NCBI GenBank assembly: GCA_021463465.1
Contig: JAJTYH010000002.1
Span: 137,799-201,798 of the forward strand
DNA: 64,000 nucleotides
Reading direction: 5' to 3'
Source of the DNA: a bacterium
GTDB taxonomy: Bacteria; Patescibacteriota; Dojkabacteria; SC72
Under the pieces are notes generated by a model. It ran no database searches and had not been told where the DNA came from. It saw nothing but the letters and a program-made list of their open reading frames with translations. Position numbers and translations under genes: made by a program. Numbering within the stretch: position 1 is the first letter of the stretch; every line of letters begins with the position of its first letter. This document shows positions 18,266-28,827 of the stretch, in pieces.

Positions 18266-20884
18266 GCTATCTTTCCATTTGTGAATCAAATTTAATGATT
18301 CCAATGGCGTTAAATTATCCAGATCCAAATCTTTTAATTCATTAGTAATTTCATTATCTGAAAGTTCAAACAAAGGAATTTGAAGAGCTTTCATCTCCTT
18401 TTCTTTAACTCTCTTTTCACTCTGGACAGGAGGGATATCTGTATCTCTCAATTTACTAGCATTAGCAAACATTGACTCTTGCTCAAAGCCTTCCAGAATC
18501 TCATATGCTCGCTGAATGACTTTAGTTGGTAGTCCAGCCATTTGAGCTACATAGATACCGTAGCTGCGATTGGTCCCACCTTCTACAATTTTACGAAGGA
18601 AAACAACGGTTCCTTTGGATGTATTCTCATCTACTAATACATTGTAGTTCTTAACGCCTTCTTCAACTTTTTCAGCCAACTTCAAGAGTTCATGATAATG
18701 GGTAGCGAATAACGTACGAGCTTTCACCTCTTTACTTATGTATTCCGCTAACGACCATGCGATGCTAACTCCGTCATAAGTACTCGTACCTCTTCCAATC
18801 TCATCCAAAATAATGAGGCTGAACCGAGTCGCACTACTCACAATATTTGCAGCTTCATCCATTTCAACCATGAAAGTACTACGACCTCTTGCCAAATCAT
18901 CTGAGGCGCCAACCCGAGTAAAAATCCTATCAACCAATGAAACCTCACATTCTTTTGCAGGAACAAAACATCCGATCTGAGCCATAAGAACCAAAGTTGC
19001 TACCTGTCGGATATATGTAGATTTACCTGACATATTTGGTCCAGTCAGAATAGCCATCCTATCTGAACCAAGGTTTAGGAAAGTATCATTAGTTACAAAT
19101 TCATCACTTAGATTTACTTCTACCACTGGATGACGGCCATCTTTAATACTAATTATCCCCTCCCGTTTGCCAAAGTCATTAATCTTTGGCTCACAATAAT
19201 TACGAGTTGTAGCCAGATGTGCAAATCCGGCAAGCACATCCAAGAATGCAATGTCACTAGCGACACTTTGTAAAGTCGGGATAATAGGTAAGCACTTCTC
19301 TCTAATTTTTTGAAAAACTTTGTATTCAAGAGTTGCCAATCGTTCCTGTGAGTTCAGTATAAGCTCCTCTTTATCTTTAAGCTCTTGAGTAACATACCTC
19401 TCAGAGTTAACCAAAGTTTGTTTTCGGATATAATCTGAAGGCACTTTCTCATGATGGGTGTGGGTTACTTCGATATAGTAGCCAAAGACCTTAGTGTAAG
19501 CAATTTTTAACGACCCAATCCCTGTTCGCTCCCGTTCTTGTGATTCAAACTCTTTAATCCAACTTTTGGTATCAACAGTCAACTTTCTTAGTTCCTCGAT
19601 CTCCTTATCATAACTAGGTTTAACGATATGACCTTCAGTAATAAGTACGGGTGGGTTTTCCTCAATAGCATTATCCAAAAGTGTAATGAGTTCATCAATC
19701 TGCTTTTTGACACTTTTATCAACAAAGACAGTTGAGAAATGTTTATTCAAATCATTTAAACTTTCTTTGATTTGCATCGCTCTAACCAATGAAAGTTGTA
19801 GAGCCTTTAGATCTCTAGCATTGACTCTGTTTAGCCCTATTTTACCGACTAATCGCTCAATATCATTTATTCCATCAAGCAACACTCTTATTTGTGTCAA
19901 AACTTCAGGAGAATTCACCAAATAGGTCACAATCTTCAGCCTCTGTTTAATAGGTATAATTTCTATCAAAGGTGAAAGAAGCCAGGAATAAAGAAGTCGC
20001 TTTCCCATAAGAGTAAGAGTATGATCTATCACCGAAAACAGAGAACCTGAAGCATCACCTGTATACGAACTTCTCACTAGTTCCAAATTATTAACCGTAG
20101 CACGATCAAGTATCATTGTATTTGATAGGTTAAACCGCTTAGGCTTAATTACATGTTCAGGACTTACCTTCTGTGTTTCTTGGATATATCCCAAAGCCAT
20201 CGCCAATGGAACTACCACGCTATCATCAGCTTCAAGACCTAGTGCTTCAACATCACTCACCTTAAAGAATTTTTTGAGTTGAAGCAGAGAGTATTCTGCT
20301 TTACCCTGTGACTTGGGTAACAAACTAACAGGAAAATCTGGAAAAAACATTCCTTTCTCATTATCCAAAATTACAACTTCTGCAGGTTCGTACATCGTGA
20401 GCAGGTTAGAAAGCGAGGTTTTACTATCCTGTACACTTGTGTATAAAAACTCACCGGTACTTATATCAAGAAAAGCTGCATTAATTTGTTTTTTTTGACG
20501 AAAAAATGTAGAGAGATACTGTTTTTTACCTGAGCTAGCATCACTTTGATCAAGTGTACTTGGTGTTACAATTCTAGTGACAGCACGTTTGACTATTCCT
20601 TTTGCAGCTGTAGGATCTTCGATTTGGTCAACGATTACAGCACAATACCCAGCACTGATAATCTTAGGAATATACTGATTCAACGCATGATGTGGGGAAC
20701 CAGCAAGTGGCGTAGGATCTGTCTTCCGATCGCGAGAAGTGAGTGTTATATTGAGAATTTTAGAAGTAAGCTTGGCATCTTCTCCAAAAGTTTCAAAAAA
20801 ATCACCCATACGAAATAACACAATCTTATCAGGGTATTGATTCTTAAAGCCAAGATATTGCGACATCATCGGGGTTTGCGCCAT
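18257..20884 (-). CDS. mutS: DNA mismatch repair protein MutS
   Basis: TPMMSQY, FRMGDFFETF, TGPNMSGKST, STFMVEM, DEIGRGTST, FATHYHEL, SYGIYVA. Confidence 0.98.
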   Translation of the reverse strand: MAQTPMMSQYLGFKNQYPDKIVLFRMGDFFETFGEDAKLTSKILNITLTSRDRKTDPTPLAGSPHHALNQYIPKIISAGYCAVIVDQIEDPTAAKGIVKRAVTRIVTPSTLDQSDASSGKKQYLSTFFRQKKQINAAFLDISTGEFLYTSVQDSKTSLSNLLTMYEPAEVVILDNEKGMFFPDFPVSLLPKSQGKAEYSLLQLKKFFKVSDVEALGLEADDSVVVPLAMALGYIQETQKVSPEHVIKPKRFNLSNTMILDRATVNNLELVRSSYTGDASGSLFSVIDHTLTLMGKRLLYSWLLSPLIEIIPIKQRLKIVTYLVNSPEVLTQIRVLLDGINDIERLVGKIGLNRVNARDLKALQLSLVRAMQIKESLNDLNKHFSTVFVDKSVKKQIDELITLLDNAIEENPPVLITEGHIVKPSYDKEIEELRKLTVDTKSWIKEFESQERERTGIGSLKIAYTKVFGYYIEVTHTHHEKVPSDYIRKQTLVNSERYVTQELKDKEELILNSQERLATLEYKVFQKIREKCLPIIPTLQSVASDIAFLDVLAGFAHLATTRNYCEPKINDFGKREGIISIKDGRHPVVEVNLSDEFVTNDTFLNLGSDRMAILTGPNMSGKSTYIRQVATLVLMAQIGCFVPAKECEVSLVDRIFTRVGASDDLARGRSTFMVEMDEAANIVSSATRFSLIILDEIGRGTSTYDGVSIAWSLAEYISKEVKARTLFATHYHELLKLAEKVEEGVKNYNVLVDENTSKGTVVFLRKIVEGGTNRSYGIYVAQMAGLPTKVIQRAYEILEGFEQESMFANASKLRDTDIPPVQSEKRVKEKEMKALQIPLFELSDNEITNELKDLDLDNLTPLESLNLIHKWKDSLK

Positions 20885-20927
20885 GCCAAGAGTATAACAC
20901 AGTTAAACCGGTAGAATTAAGGTCGGA

Positions 20928-23426
20928 TTAGCTAAGGGAGAGTATGATTTTCGCCTCTTGTTCAACTACCAGTTGTTTGGCATCAACCAGATAATCATGG
21001 GAAACCGCGACACCGTAAGCACCTATACTTACACTGTGTTTAAGCAGTTCTTTGTTATCTTCACAAAGCACAATGAACTTCTTTCCTCGATGTTTAACAC
21101 TCCCATTCAGTGCATCTACAATTTTAAGGATGCTTCCTGCACTTAAATCGTAAATGCTATTCTTACCTTCCAGTGGCAAATTAAACATATGCTTGGCCAG
21201 AGTAGGGGTGTCAAGAATAATACCGTCAATCTCAGCATCAAGAATATCATCAGCCAATATTACCTCCGCAGGATTCTCAACTACAGCATATAGATTAAAG
21301 GAGCTGCCCCGACGTAATCCTCTTGATGAGATATCCTTCTTCAACTCCTTCATTTGCATCCCATTTTGAGGAGCATATAGAGCCAAAGAGATATTTCTAC
21401 AGTGATTAATGTTTCGCATCCTTCTCACCAACCGAAGAACAACATCAAGACTTTTCTTTGACTTCAAGTACCTACCCACACCTCTTGAGCTTGCACGACT
21501 CTCTTCTGACTCATACTCATTACCCTTAGGCAAATCACGGAAATCTGAAACTTTACCCATCCCCAGTGTCACAATAACTTCATTTGTACCTGCACTCTGA
21601 GCTAAGGTTACCAGTGGAGTAACAACCTCGGGCGCATAGGTCTTATACTTACCACTTACAGCAATATCTGCAGGATGTTTACCAAAATCAGTAATAACTT
21701 TATCAATATCAACCATTACTACACCGTCTCCCATAGAGTATTCAGGAAGTATTTCCAATTTTTTAGGTGTAACAAAAACTTTGGTTGCACTCTTAGGTAA
21801 AACAGGGGTCGTTTGTACAACTTGTGCCATTTTAGATTCAGGAAGTGCTGTGACAAATTCTTGTTCAGCCTTTTTAGACTGTATCTGCTGGGCTACAGCG
21901 ATCTCTTCAACTCTCGCTTGATTAATCAAATAAACACTCCCAGATGTACCATCTATTTTGACTATATCTCCAGATTTTAAATGCTCAGAAGCTTGTGTTA
22001 CTCCAACTATTGCAGGTATTGAGAATTCTCGGCATAAAATAGCCACTTCACTTGTAATCCCTCCCACCTCAGAAATTACACCTCCGGATTTTATGACTAG
22101 ATCTGCCAGAGAGCTATCAAATTCTTTCATTACCAAAATCTCATCCTTAGTCACACTATCCAGAGCGTTCATTACCAGATGTACTTTTCCTTGATTCTCA
22201 CCAAAGCTCGCACCAATACCACCCGCAAACACCTTAACTGCTGGCTTCTCTGGCTTAACTTCTTCTTTAACTGAAAGCAGGTCAGAGGCAACAGCCTCTT
22301 TTTCAACCAACTTTTGAGCTTCCATCAGAGCTTTGGCAGCCATACTTTCCACTTCAAGCTTTCGCCCCAACATCTCTTTAATCACTGCTCCAACCGAATT
22401 GGCTACAAAAGCATACCCTCCATACTGCACATGATGAGTCATATAGGACATCTTTGAATGCGCTGCTTTATATTGCAAAATCCAAACTCTTCCGCCACTT
22501 AAAACCCATTCAACATCGACAGAATCACCCAATTTATCTTCAATTAAAAGACAGATTTTGGCGACTTCTTCTACATATCTATCTTCTAATTTCTGTCTAT
22601 GACTCCATGATGGTGAAATCTTAATCTTTTCAAAACCTCCCTTTTCATTTAAAGATCTAACTTTCATCCACTCCTGCGGAGAAATATGCTTTTCATATAC
22701 CTCCAAATTTTTCTTGTGCAGATAGTATGTATCAGGTGTTATTTCACCGTTAGCTATTACATCACCCAAACCAAACACAGCTTCCATACTCATCTGAGCA
22801 GTACTCAAAGTCACAGGATCTACAGTAAAGCAGGTGCCTGAAATTTCTGAGTGCACCATTTTTTGAATTACAACAGCAAGGCTTACGTCTGATAGTTCAA
22901 CACCTTCACGTACTGCGTACATGACTGCTTCATCTGTAAACAGTGAAGCATATATATTTTTGATACTTCTGATTACATTATTAAATCCTCTAACATTAAG
23001 TTCAGTTGCAAAAACATCCGAAAAACTTACCTCTTTTGAAAGGTTATAACAAACAGATGATCGTACTGAAACCCAAGCATCTGAAAAGCCCGATAACTTT
23101 GTATATTCCCTAAGTAATTCACTTTTAACCTGATTGTCAAAATCAAATCTCTGAAACAGATTTGAAATTTCACGTGGTTCAGGATTTTCATCGCGTAAAA
23201 GTTCGTCTTTTTTCTCTTCGAACACTCTTTTAACAAAGTCTGTGAAAACTTTAGGTGATATGACAAAAAACTCAGGAACAGGAACATCAAAGCTATGGAG
23301 ATTAAAAAGACTCACACCTTTGCGACCTAAATGAACCTCGCTAATATAATCACTAGCAATATCGTCAACATGGAAAACATAAGGAACGTGGTTTTCTCCT
23401 ATTTTATTTCCGGGTGTGCTAAACAT
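20928..23426 (-). CDS. PEP-synthase (PpsA)-like protein with degenerate catalytic residues
   Basis: ATP-grasp (VSVRSS, IQKMV, GLGDVIANGEITPD, DVEW), swivel domain (GGITSEVAILCREFSIPAIVG) and a diverged PEP-binding barrel. Confidence 0.85.
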   Translation of the reverse strand: MFSTPGNKIGENHVPYVFHVDDIASDYISEVHLGRKGVSLFNLHSFDVPVPEFFVISPKVFTDFVKRVFEEKKDELLRDENPEPREISNLFQRFDFDNQVKSELLREYTKLSGFSDAWVSVRSSVCYNLSKEVSFSDVFATELNVRGFNNVIRSIKNIYASLFTDEAVMYAVREGVELSDVSLAVVIQKMVHSEISGTCFTVDPVTLSTAQMSMEAVFGLGDVIANGEITPDTYYLHKKNLEVYEKHISPQEWMKVRSLNEKGGFEKIKISPSWSHRQKLEDRYVEEVAKICLLIEDKLGDSVDVEWVLSGGRVWILQYKAAHSKMSYMTHHVQYGGYAFVANSVGAVIKEMLGRKLEVESMAAKALMEAQKLVEKEAVASDLLSVKEEVKPEKPAVKVFAGGIGASFGENQGKVHLVMNALDSVTKDEILVMKEFDSSLADLVIKSGGVISEVGGITSEVAILCREFSIPAIVGVTQASEHLKSGDIVKIDGTSGSVYLINQARVEEIAVAQQIQSKKAEQEFVTALPESKMAQVVQTTPVLPKSATKVFVTPKKLEILPEYSMGDGVVMVDIDKVITDFGKHPADIAVSGKYKTYAPEVVTPLVTLAQSAGTNEVIVTLGMGKVSDFRDLPKGNEYESEESRASSRGVGRYLKSKKSLDVVLRLVRRMRNINHCRNISLALYAPQNGMQMKELKKDISSRGLRRGSSFNLYAVVENPAEVILADDILDAEIDGIILDTPTLAKHMFNLPLEGKNSIYDLSAGSILKIVDALNGSVKHRGKKFIVLCEDNKELLKHSVSIGAYGVAVSHDYLVDAKQLVVEQEAKIILSLS

Positions 23427-23448
23427 TTTGGGCAGCTAAATATATCCT

Positions 23449-24624
23449 TTAAACAATACCTTTCGCCTTCAGCTTTTGCAAGTCTTGATAAAATTGGAAC
23501 AAGATTTCAAGCAATACAACTGTAGGGATTGAAATCAATGCTCCAATCGGGCCTGCGAGGGTAAATCCAGAAGCAACAGCTAGTACTACAACAATAGGTT
23601 TAAGACCTACTGCGTTAGCCATTACTCTTGGCACAATCACTGAGTTTTCAAGCTGCTGAATAATTAAACAACCAAGAAGCACTACTACCCCAACACCAAA
23701 CCCACCTGTGACAAGTGCTACTAAAACTGCTGGGACAGCAGCAATAATAGGGCCTATATTTGGGATCGATTCCAATAACCCCGCCAATACTGCAAATGGC
23801 AAAGCAAAGGGCACACCTGCAAAAGTTAAAAGTAACCAAGTTAACGCACCGATAATAAAAGAGAGAGTTAGCTGACCAATAAGCCAGTTTCCTAACTTCT
23901 CCTCCACATCAAAGACTAGCTTTCTAACTCTAGTGCGCTTTTGTTCGTCTACAATTCGAAGCAATACCAAATCAACAAAGTTGTCATGATCAGTAACCAT
24001 ATAAACAGACATGAAAAGCATTGTAACTATCGACACTAATCCACCTGCCAAGCCAAAAACTGTACTTAATGCGGTTTTAACGCCTTCACTTCCAGAACCA
24101 CTTGCAAAAGAATTACTTGCCCAGTTAATAAAGACCTCTTTGTATTCCAGAATGAAAGCAACATCAATAGGTCTACCATTAATATTTATAGTACCTACCT
24201 CCTTCACGAATGCATCCAGATAAGAAGGTAAATCGCCAATTAAAGTCTGAGATTCAGTAACAAAAGGTACTAAAATCAAAGTAAGGGTTCCTAAGAAAAA
24301 CATTGAGATTAAAAGATATACCACAAAAATTGAAAGTGACTTAGGAACGCCATGATTTGTTAATCCTTTAACCAAGGGTAGGGCAGAAGAAGAAAGAATA
24401 AAAGCCAGAAATAGTAGTACTAAGACTTGTACTAACTTCAATCCAAAATATATAATCCCAATTGTAGCTAAGACCAATAAGATACTTCTTAGAGAAATAT
24501 CCACATTAATAGTAGTTTTGTGTTCAGGCAGGGGCAGAACTTGTGTATGTGCGGATGATCTTGAACTTTCAACCAAGCTATCCATACCTCGTTTACTCGA
24601 TCTGGCAATAAACTCTCTATGCAT
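23449..24624 (-). CDS. AI-2E (PerM) family membrane transporter
   Basis: Multiple TM helices; LESIPNIGP, QQLENSVIVPRVM, GPIGALISIP. Confidence 0.9.
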   Translation of the reverse strand: MHREFIARSSKRGMDSLVESSRSSAHTQVLPLPEHKTTINVDISLRSILLVLATIGIIYFGLKLVQVLVLLFLAFILSSSALPLVKGLTNHGVPKSLSIFVVYLLISMFFLGTLTLILVPFVTESQTLIGDLPSYLDAFVKEVGTININGRPIDVAFILEYKEVFINWASNSFASGSGSEGVKTALSTVFGLAGGLVSIVTMLFMSVYMVTDHDNFVDLVLLRIVDEQKRTRVRKLVFDVEEKLGNWLIGQLTLSFIIGALTWLLLTFAGVPFALPFAVLAGLLESIPNIGPIIAAVPAVLVALVTGGFGVGVVVLLGCLIIQQLENSVIVPRVMANAVGLKPIVVVLAVASGFTLAGPIGALISIPTVVLLEILFQFYQDLQKLKAKGIV

Positions 24625-25252
24625 TTGTCATTCTCTCTTTTTCATCCGAATTAGTCAAACGAATTTCAAACAATTTCAGTACACTCAGAACTAGGCCAAT
24701 TCCACCTAGGACACCCGTTACAATACGTTTACTAATGCTATTAATGTACTGAGTAGGCACAGCTTCTATTGCCAATTTTTCTACAAGGGTTTGAAATCCT
24801 ACATCCAATAGTATTGGTAACAAAAGCACTAATATTACCCATCCACTTATTTTCAACTTCTTTGGGTTAACTAAACCTAACAAGAAACCAAAAATTACAA
24901 AAGACCCGTAAAGGGCGATATCTCTAATACACACCGCAACTTTGTATCCAACAGTTTCATTTCCTATATAGTCGTGTCCAAAGTATTCAGGGTATTGATT
25001 TTCAGAAGATTCATTCGGAATCAGCTCTAACATCTTCAACTCCTGAGTAGTATAAAAGCTCTTTTCGCCCATTAAAAAAAGCGATCTCTCAACCCGTTGA
25101 TGACAAAATTTCTCGTAAATCTCATAAATTGTTGTGGCAATAGACGTGTACCCGCCTTTCATGAACATAGGAGCCATAAAAGCCAACCCTAGGTAAAAGA
25201 AAACAATAAGAGAGATTATCAATAAAACTTTTTGATTAAAGGCCAGATTCAT
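24617..25252 (-). CDS. DUF2085-like predicted membrane protein
   Basis: CHQRVERS...VCIRDIALYG...LPILLD...RIVTGVLGG pattern typical of DUF2085. Confidence 0.7.
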   Translation of the reverse strand: MNLAFNQKVLLIISLIVFFYLGLAFMAPMFMKGGYTSIATTIYEIYEKFCHQRVERSLFLMGEKSFYTTQELKMLELIPNESSENQYPEYFGHDYIGNETVGYKVAVCIRDIALYGSFVIFGFLLGLVNPKKLKISGWVILVLLLPILLDVGFQTLVEKLAIEAVPTQYINSISKRIVTGVLGGIGLVLSVLKLFEIRLTNSDEKERMTNA

Positions 25253-25295
25253 AGGTTTATGATATATTTTACTGTAATTTTGCCCACCAAAATAG

Positions 25296-26030
25296 ATGTT
25301 AGCAAAAATCCTAAGTTTCTTCGTAGAAGATGAGAGAACAGACTTTTCTTTTTATCGTCTGTATACGAAATTAAAGCAGTGGGCCAAGGAAGGAACTTTG
25401 CCTTGGGAACACGAATTACCTCAATCTATATCCTTTGAACCAAATTTTTGGAAAAAAGTAATTGAGATTCACAAAGCTACAAAGGGCGATAATCACGAGC
25501 GGGCATTTTCTGTTTTTTGGGCAGACGGCGAATTAGTGATTACTGGAGTAACCAAGGGGTCAACATCATCAGTTACTACAAACTCAGTAGTGGGGGTGAA
25601 ATATAGTCCTAGTAGACATAAGGGATATCTCACAAAGACCATAACTGTCGATAGCAACACTTACAGTACCAAAGAGGTTTATCACAAAAATGTACCATCA
25701 CAACTGGAAGTGAAGTATCTTTTCAATGTACATACTCATCCAAGAAAAGTTATTAACAATAACGATTACTATGGTTTTTTCTCCATTACGGATTTAAATA
25801 GTTTGATTAATTCAAACGCAATTATAACCGGCATGATAACAGACAAATTCTGGTTGCTGGTTAAAACTAACAAGTCACCGAAAGCATTGAATAATTACGA
25901 ACAAAACGAGGTCAATACAAATTCGCTAATTGAGAAGATTCGATTAGGTGTCTATTCAGGGGATCTCGGAGGCAAGTTACACCGCCACACGCTTCAGCTT
26001 CCTACTGACAATGTACAAGTTAGTACCTAA
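25296..26030 (+). CDS. JAB/MPN+ (JAMM)-like metallo-domain protein
   Basis: Early Glu (HERAF) and later HTHP...FFSITD, matching E...HxH-x(n)-S-xx-D. Confidence 0.6.
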   Translation: MLAKILSFFVEDERTDFSFYRLYTKLKQWAKEGTLPWEHELPQSISFEPNFWKKVIEIHKATKGDNHERAFSVFWADGELVITGVTKGSTSSVTTNSVVGVKYSPSRHKGYLTKTITVDSNTYSTKEVYHKNVPSQLEVKYLFNVHTHPRKVINNNDYYGFFSITDLNSLINSNAIITGMITDKFWLLVKTNKSPKALNNYEQNEVNTNSLIEKIRLGVYSGDLGGKLHRHTLQLPTDNVQVST

Positions 26031-26891
26031 TATCAATAAGGCTGCTATTCCAAAGATTCCGAAGAGTCTGTTTCCTAATATGTATGCCAACTCATTACTA
26101 AGTGGTCCAGCTGATTCAGGTAAATCAGTTACACCACCACCATTAATATCTCCCAAGGCATAAATAACTTTAACATTGGTTGTAGCTCTAGAACTGTTTC
26201 CTGCACTATCAGTAACTACAGCGCTGAATTCATTTCCACCTACACTAAGAGGAATGTCACGAATAACGAAATTCCCCTTATCATTAGTTTTAGCACTGTA
26301 CTCCTTATCATCCCTTCGAAGGGTAACCGTTGTACTGGCCTCTGCTACACCTCTCACAGTGAATGCTTTAGTATCTACCTCTCTTTCGTAAGTAAAGGTA
26401 ACGGTTTTACTTGGAGGAGTTCTATCCACCAACACAAACACTGGCGAAGTCTTCTCACTTCTAAGACGAATAGGAAAACCTCTGAGTGATGCCGCCTCAA
26501 TTTCGTATCGAGTTCCGTCAACAGTTCCAAGATAGTCATAGCTGAAACGTCCGTCAGTTACATCTACAGTCACGGGTGTTACCTCATCCTGCGAAACGGT
26601 ATCCGAGACCCAAATCATCACCTTGTCATAATCAGTCTCTCCAGCAATAGTCAACTTAACTGAATTAGTTGCTCCTGGTAGTTCATAAAGCATAGGCTTG
26701 GTAACATTTCGATCTTCTCGAGGAGGTAAGTAGTAGAGTACAAACATAACAACACCTACTACAAAAAGCAGGATGCCCAAAGCTACGAGGACAGTACCCA
26801 CAATCATCGAGAGCATATTCTCGCTTTCTGGTTCCTGTGTTACTACCTGTACTTTTTCTACCATAGGAGTATCTAAACGTCGTCTCGCCAT
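25977..26891 (-). CDS. Ig-like domain protein with N-terminal TM and LPxTG-like sorting signal
   Basis: VDRTPP and TDSAGNSS Ig motifs; C-terminal LPESAG, hydrophobic segment and RKLKR tail. ATG at 26891. Confidence 0.75.
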   Translation of the reverse strand: MARRRLDTPMVEKVQVVTQEPESENMLSMIVGTVLVALGILLFVVGVVMFVLYYLPPREDRNVTKPMLYELPGATNSVKLTIAGETDYDKVMIWVSDTVSQDEVTPVTVDVTDGRFSYDYLGTVDGTRYEIEAASLRGFPIRLRSEKTSPVFVLVDRTPPSKTVTFTYEREVDTKAFTVRGVAEASTTVTLRRDDKEYSAKTNDKGNFVIRDIPLSVGGNEFSAVVTDSAGNSSRATTNVKVIYALGDINGGGVTDLPESAGPLSNELAYILGNRLFGIFGIAALLILGTNLYIVSRKLKRVAV

Positions 26892-27007
26892 TAAAGTTGA
26901 CCTATATAAGTTTATTCTACACCTTGAGTTTAATACATTCCTTAAAAAATAGCAATATAGCAAGATATTTGATAAAATACCGTCAACATAAAACAAACTT
27001 TAGATAC

Positions 27008-27712
27008 ATGTTAAAACTGATTGCCAAAATCACAACTTTAGCCCTAATACTATTGGCCGTGATCTCCATCCTGGTTTTTATGCTTTTCCCTAAATACCCT
27101 GAATTTAAAATTGCTGCCAGTCAGATTGATGTACACAAAATTTCTCACAACACTGTTCTCAACCTATTTACAAAATTATCCCCTCCCGACATTGTAGCTG
27201 TCGAAGACGATCTTATGTCTGATAAGTCGTTAGAACACATATCTCCCGAACTATTAAGCAAGCTCCAAAATGAAGGTAAGGTCCTTTTCAATATGGAAGC
27301 GCAGAACACCTCCTTGTATATTTCGTCCGTTAATATCAAAGGATCCGTTGTTGATGGAAAAGACTCCCACGAAATGGATAGAGGTTTTTGGCACTTCCCA
27401 CTTTCCAGCCAACCTGGACAAAAAGGCAATACTGTAATTATCGCCCACAGATTTTTGCACTTGCCTCCAAGGACTGACACTTTCTTTATGTTAGATAAAG
27501 TGAAAGTAGGGGACAAAGTCATAATCAACCAAAAAGACGGTATTTACAGATACACTGTGACCGAAACCAAAGTCGTAAAAAAGAACGACCGAACCATTCT
27601 GGAACCTACGTTCGATTATCGATTGACATTGGTCACCTGCCATCCATTATGGTCGTCTGAGCAGCGATTTGTCGTAGTCGGCAAATTGGACAAGGTTTAC
27701 GGAAATATATAA
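27008..27712 (+). CDS. Sortase
   Basis: N-terminal TM; PGQKGNTVIIAHR (His), LTLVTC (Cys), QRFVV (Arg). ATG at 27008. Confidence 0.93.
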   Translation: MLKLIAKITTLALILLAVISILVFMLFPKYPEFKIAASQIDVHKISHNTVLNLFTKLSPPDIVAVEDDLMSDKSLEHISPELLSKLQNEGKVLFNMEAQNTSLYISSVNIKGSVVDGKDSHEMDRGFWHFPLSSQPGQKGNTVIIAHRFLHLPPRTDTFFMLDKVKVGDKVIINQKDGIYRYTVTETKVVKKNDRTILEPTFDYRLTLVTCHPLWSSEQRFVVVGKLDKVYGNI

Positions 27713-27731
27713 ACCAACAGCCACATTATTC

Positions 27732-27760
27732 TTGATTAAAAGAGTAATTAAAGTTAAACT
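27732..27760 (+). promoter_or_regulatory. Sigma70-type promoter for tig-clpP
   Basis: TTGATT-17 bp-TAAACT. Confidence 0.6.
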
Positions 27761-27785
27761 TACACGCTAAAATAAAGATACACGT

Positions 27786-28811
27786 ATGGATAAGAAATAC
27801 ACTACAAAACAGATTGCCTCCGACACAATTGAAATCAAATTCACATTGGAAAATAGTGCAGTCACTAAATCTTACGAAACCCTTTTAAATAATGAGCTCA
27901 AAAACACTAATTTGAAAGGCTTTAGAAAAGGCGTCACCCCGCGTGAATTAGTCGAGTCTAAACTACAACCTCAGCTACTCTTCGAAGTACTCAACCGTTT
28001 AGCTCCTTTGACTTTAAGCAGCATTGTTAGCAAGGAGAAAATCAATCTCATTGCCGCCCCAGAGTACAAAGAAATTCCAAACCTAGAACTTGGTAAGAAT
28101 ATCGATTTGACTGTTCATGTAACAGTTATGCCAGAATTCAAACTTGGAAATATGAAGAAAATAAAAGTGACTCCTAAGAGCGAGAAAGTAAAAGTGGAAG
28201 AGGTTGAAAAGATAATGACACAATTAGAGAGTAATCCAAACCTCAAAACCAAGAAAGGTTCAAAGGCATGGGCAAAAGAAGCCGCAAAATTGCTTCAAAT
28301 CGAAAAAGCCGAAACAGTTGAAGAACTTAAGGTGGAAATCACCAAAGTCCTACAAGCAGAAAAAGATAACATCCTCAGAAAACAATCCGAGAATGACGCT
28401 TTGAGCCAAGCTATCGCTTTATCCAAAATCGTAATCCCAGATCCAGCAATTCACTATGAAGCTCATGAACGCCAACACTCCTTTGGGCATCAGCTTGAAG
28501 GGATGAATATGACTATGGATCAATACGCAAAAACCCAAGGTGTAACAGTTGAACATATGGTTGAAATGTGGCATAAAGACGCCAAAGAAGCTCTTGAGAC
28601 CGATGTATTTCTCAAGCTTTACGCCAAAGAGAAAGGCATTAAAGTCAGCGATGAAGAATTGAAAATTGAGATTGAAAAAGTCAAGAAGAGTAATAATCAG
28701 ACCCCTGAACTCTACGATAATCCAGAATGGCAGGAATATATACGAAGGGTCACACTAAAGCAAAGAGCTTACGAGCAATTCCTTAAAGATGTAATGCCTA
28801 AATCTAAGTAA
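27786..28811 (+). CDS. tig: Trigger factor, short form apparently lacking the FKBP domain
   Basis: KGFRKG ribosome-binding signature, VTVMPEFKL, helical C-domain; located upstream of clpP. Confidence 0.85.
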   Translation: MDKKYTTKQIASDTIEIKFTLENSAVTKSYETLLNNELKNTNLKGFRKGVTPRELVESKLQPQLLFEVLNRLAPLTLSSIVSKEKINLIAAPEYKEIPNLELGKNIDLTVHVTVMPEFKLGNMKKIKVTPKSEKVKVEEVEKIMTQLESNPNLKTKKGSKAWAKEAAKLLQIEKAETVEELKVEITKVLQAEKDNILRKQSENDALSQAIALSKIVIPDPAIHYEAHERQHSFGHQLEGMNMTMDQYAKTQGVTVEHMVEMWHKDAKEALETDVFLKLYAKEKGIKVSDEELKIEIEKVKKSNNQTPELYDNPEWQEYIRRVTLKQRAYEQFLKDVMPKSK

Positions 28812-28827
28812 CTTTTATTACTCAATT

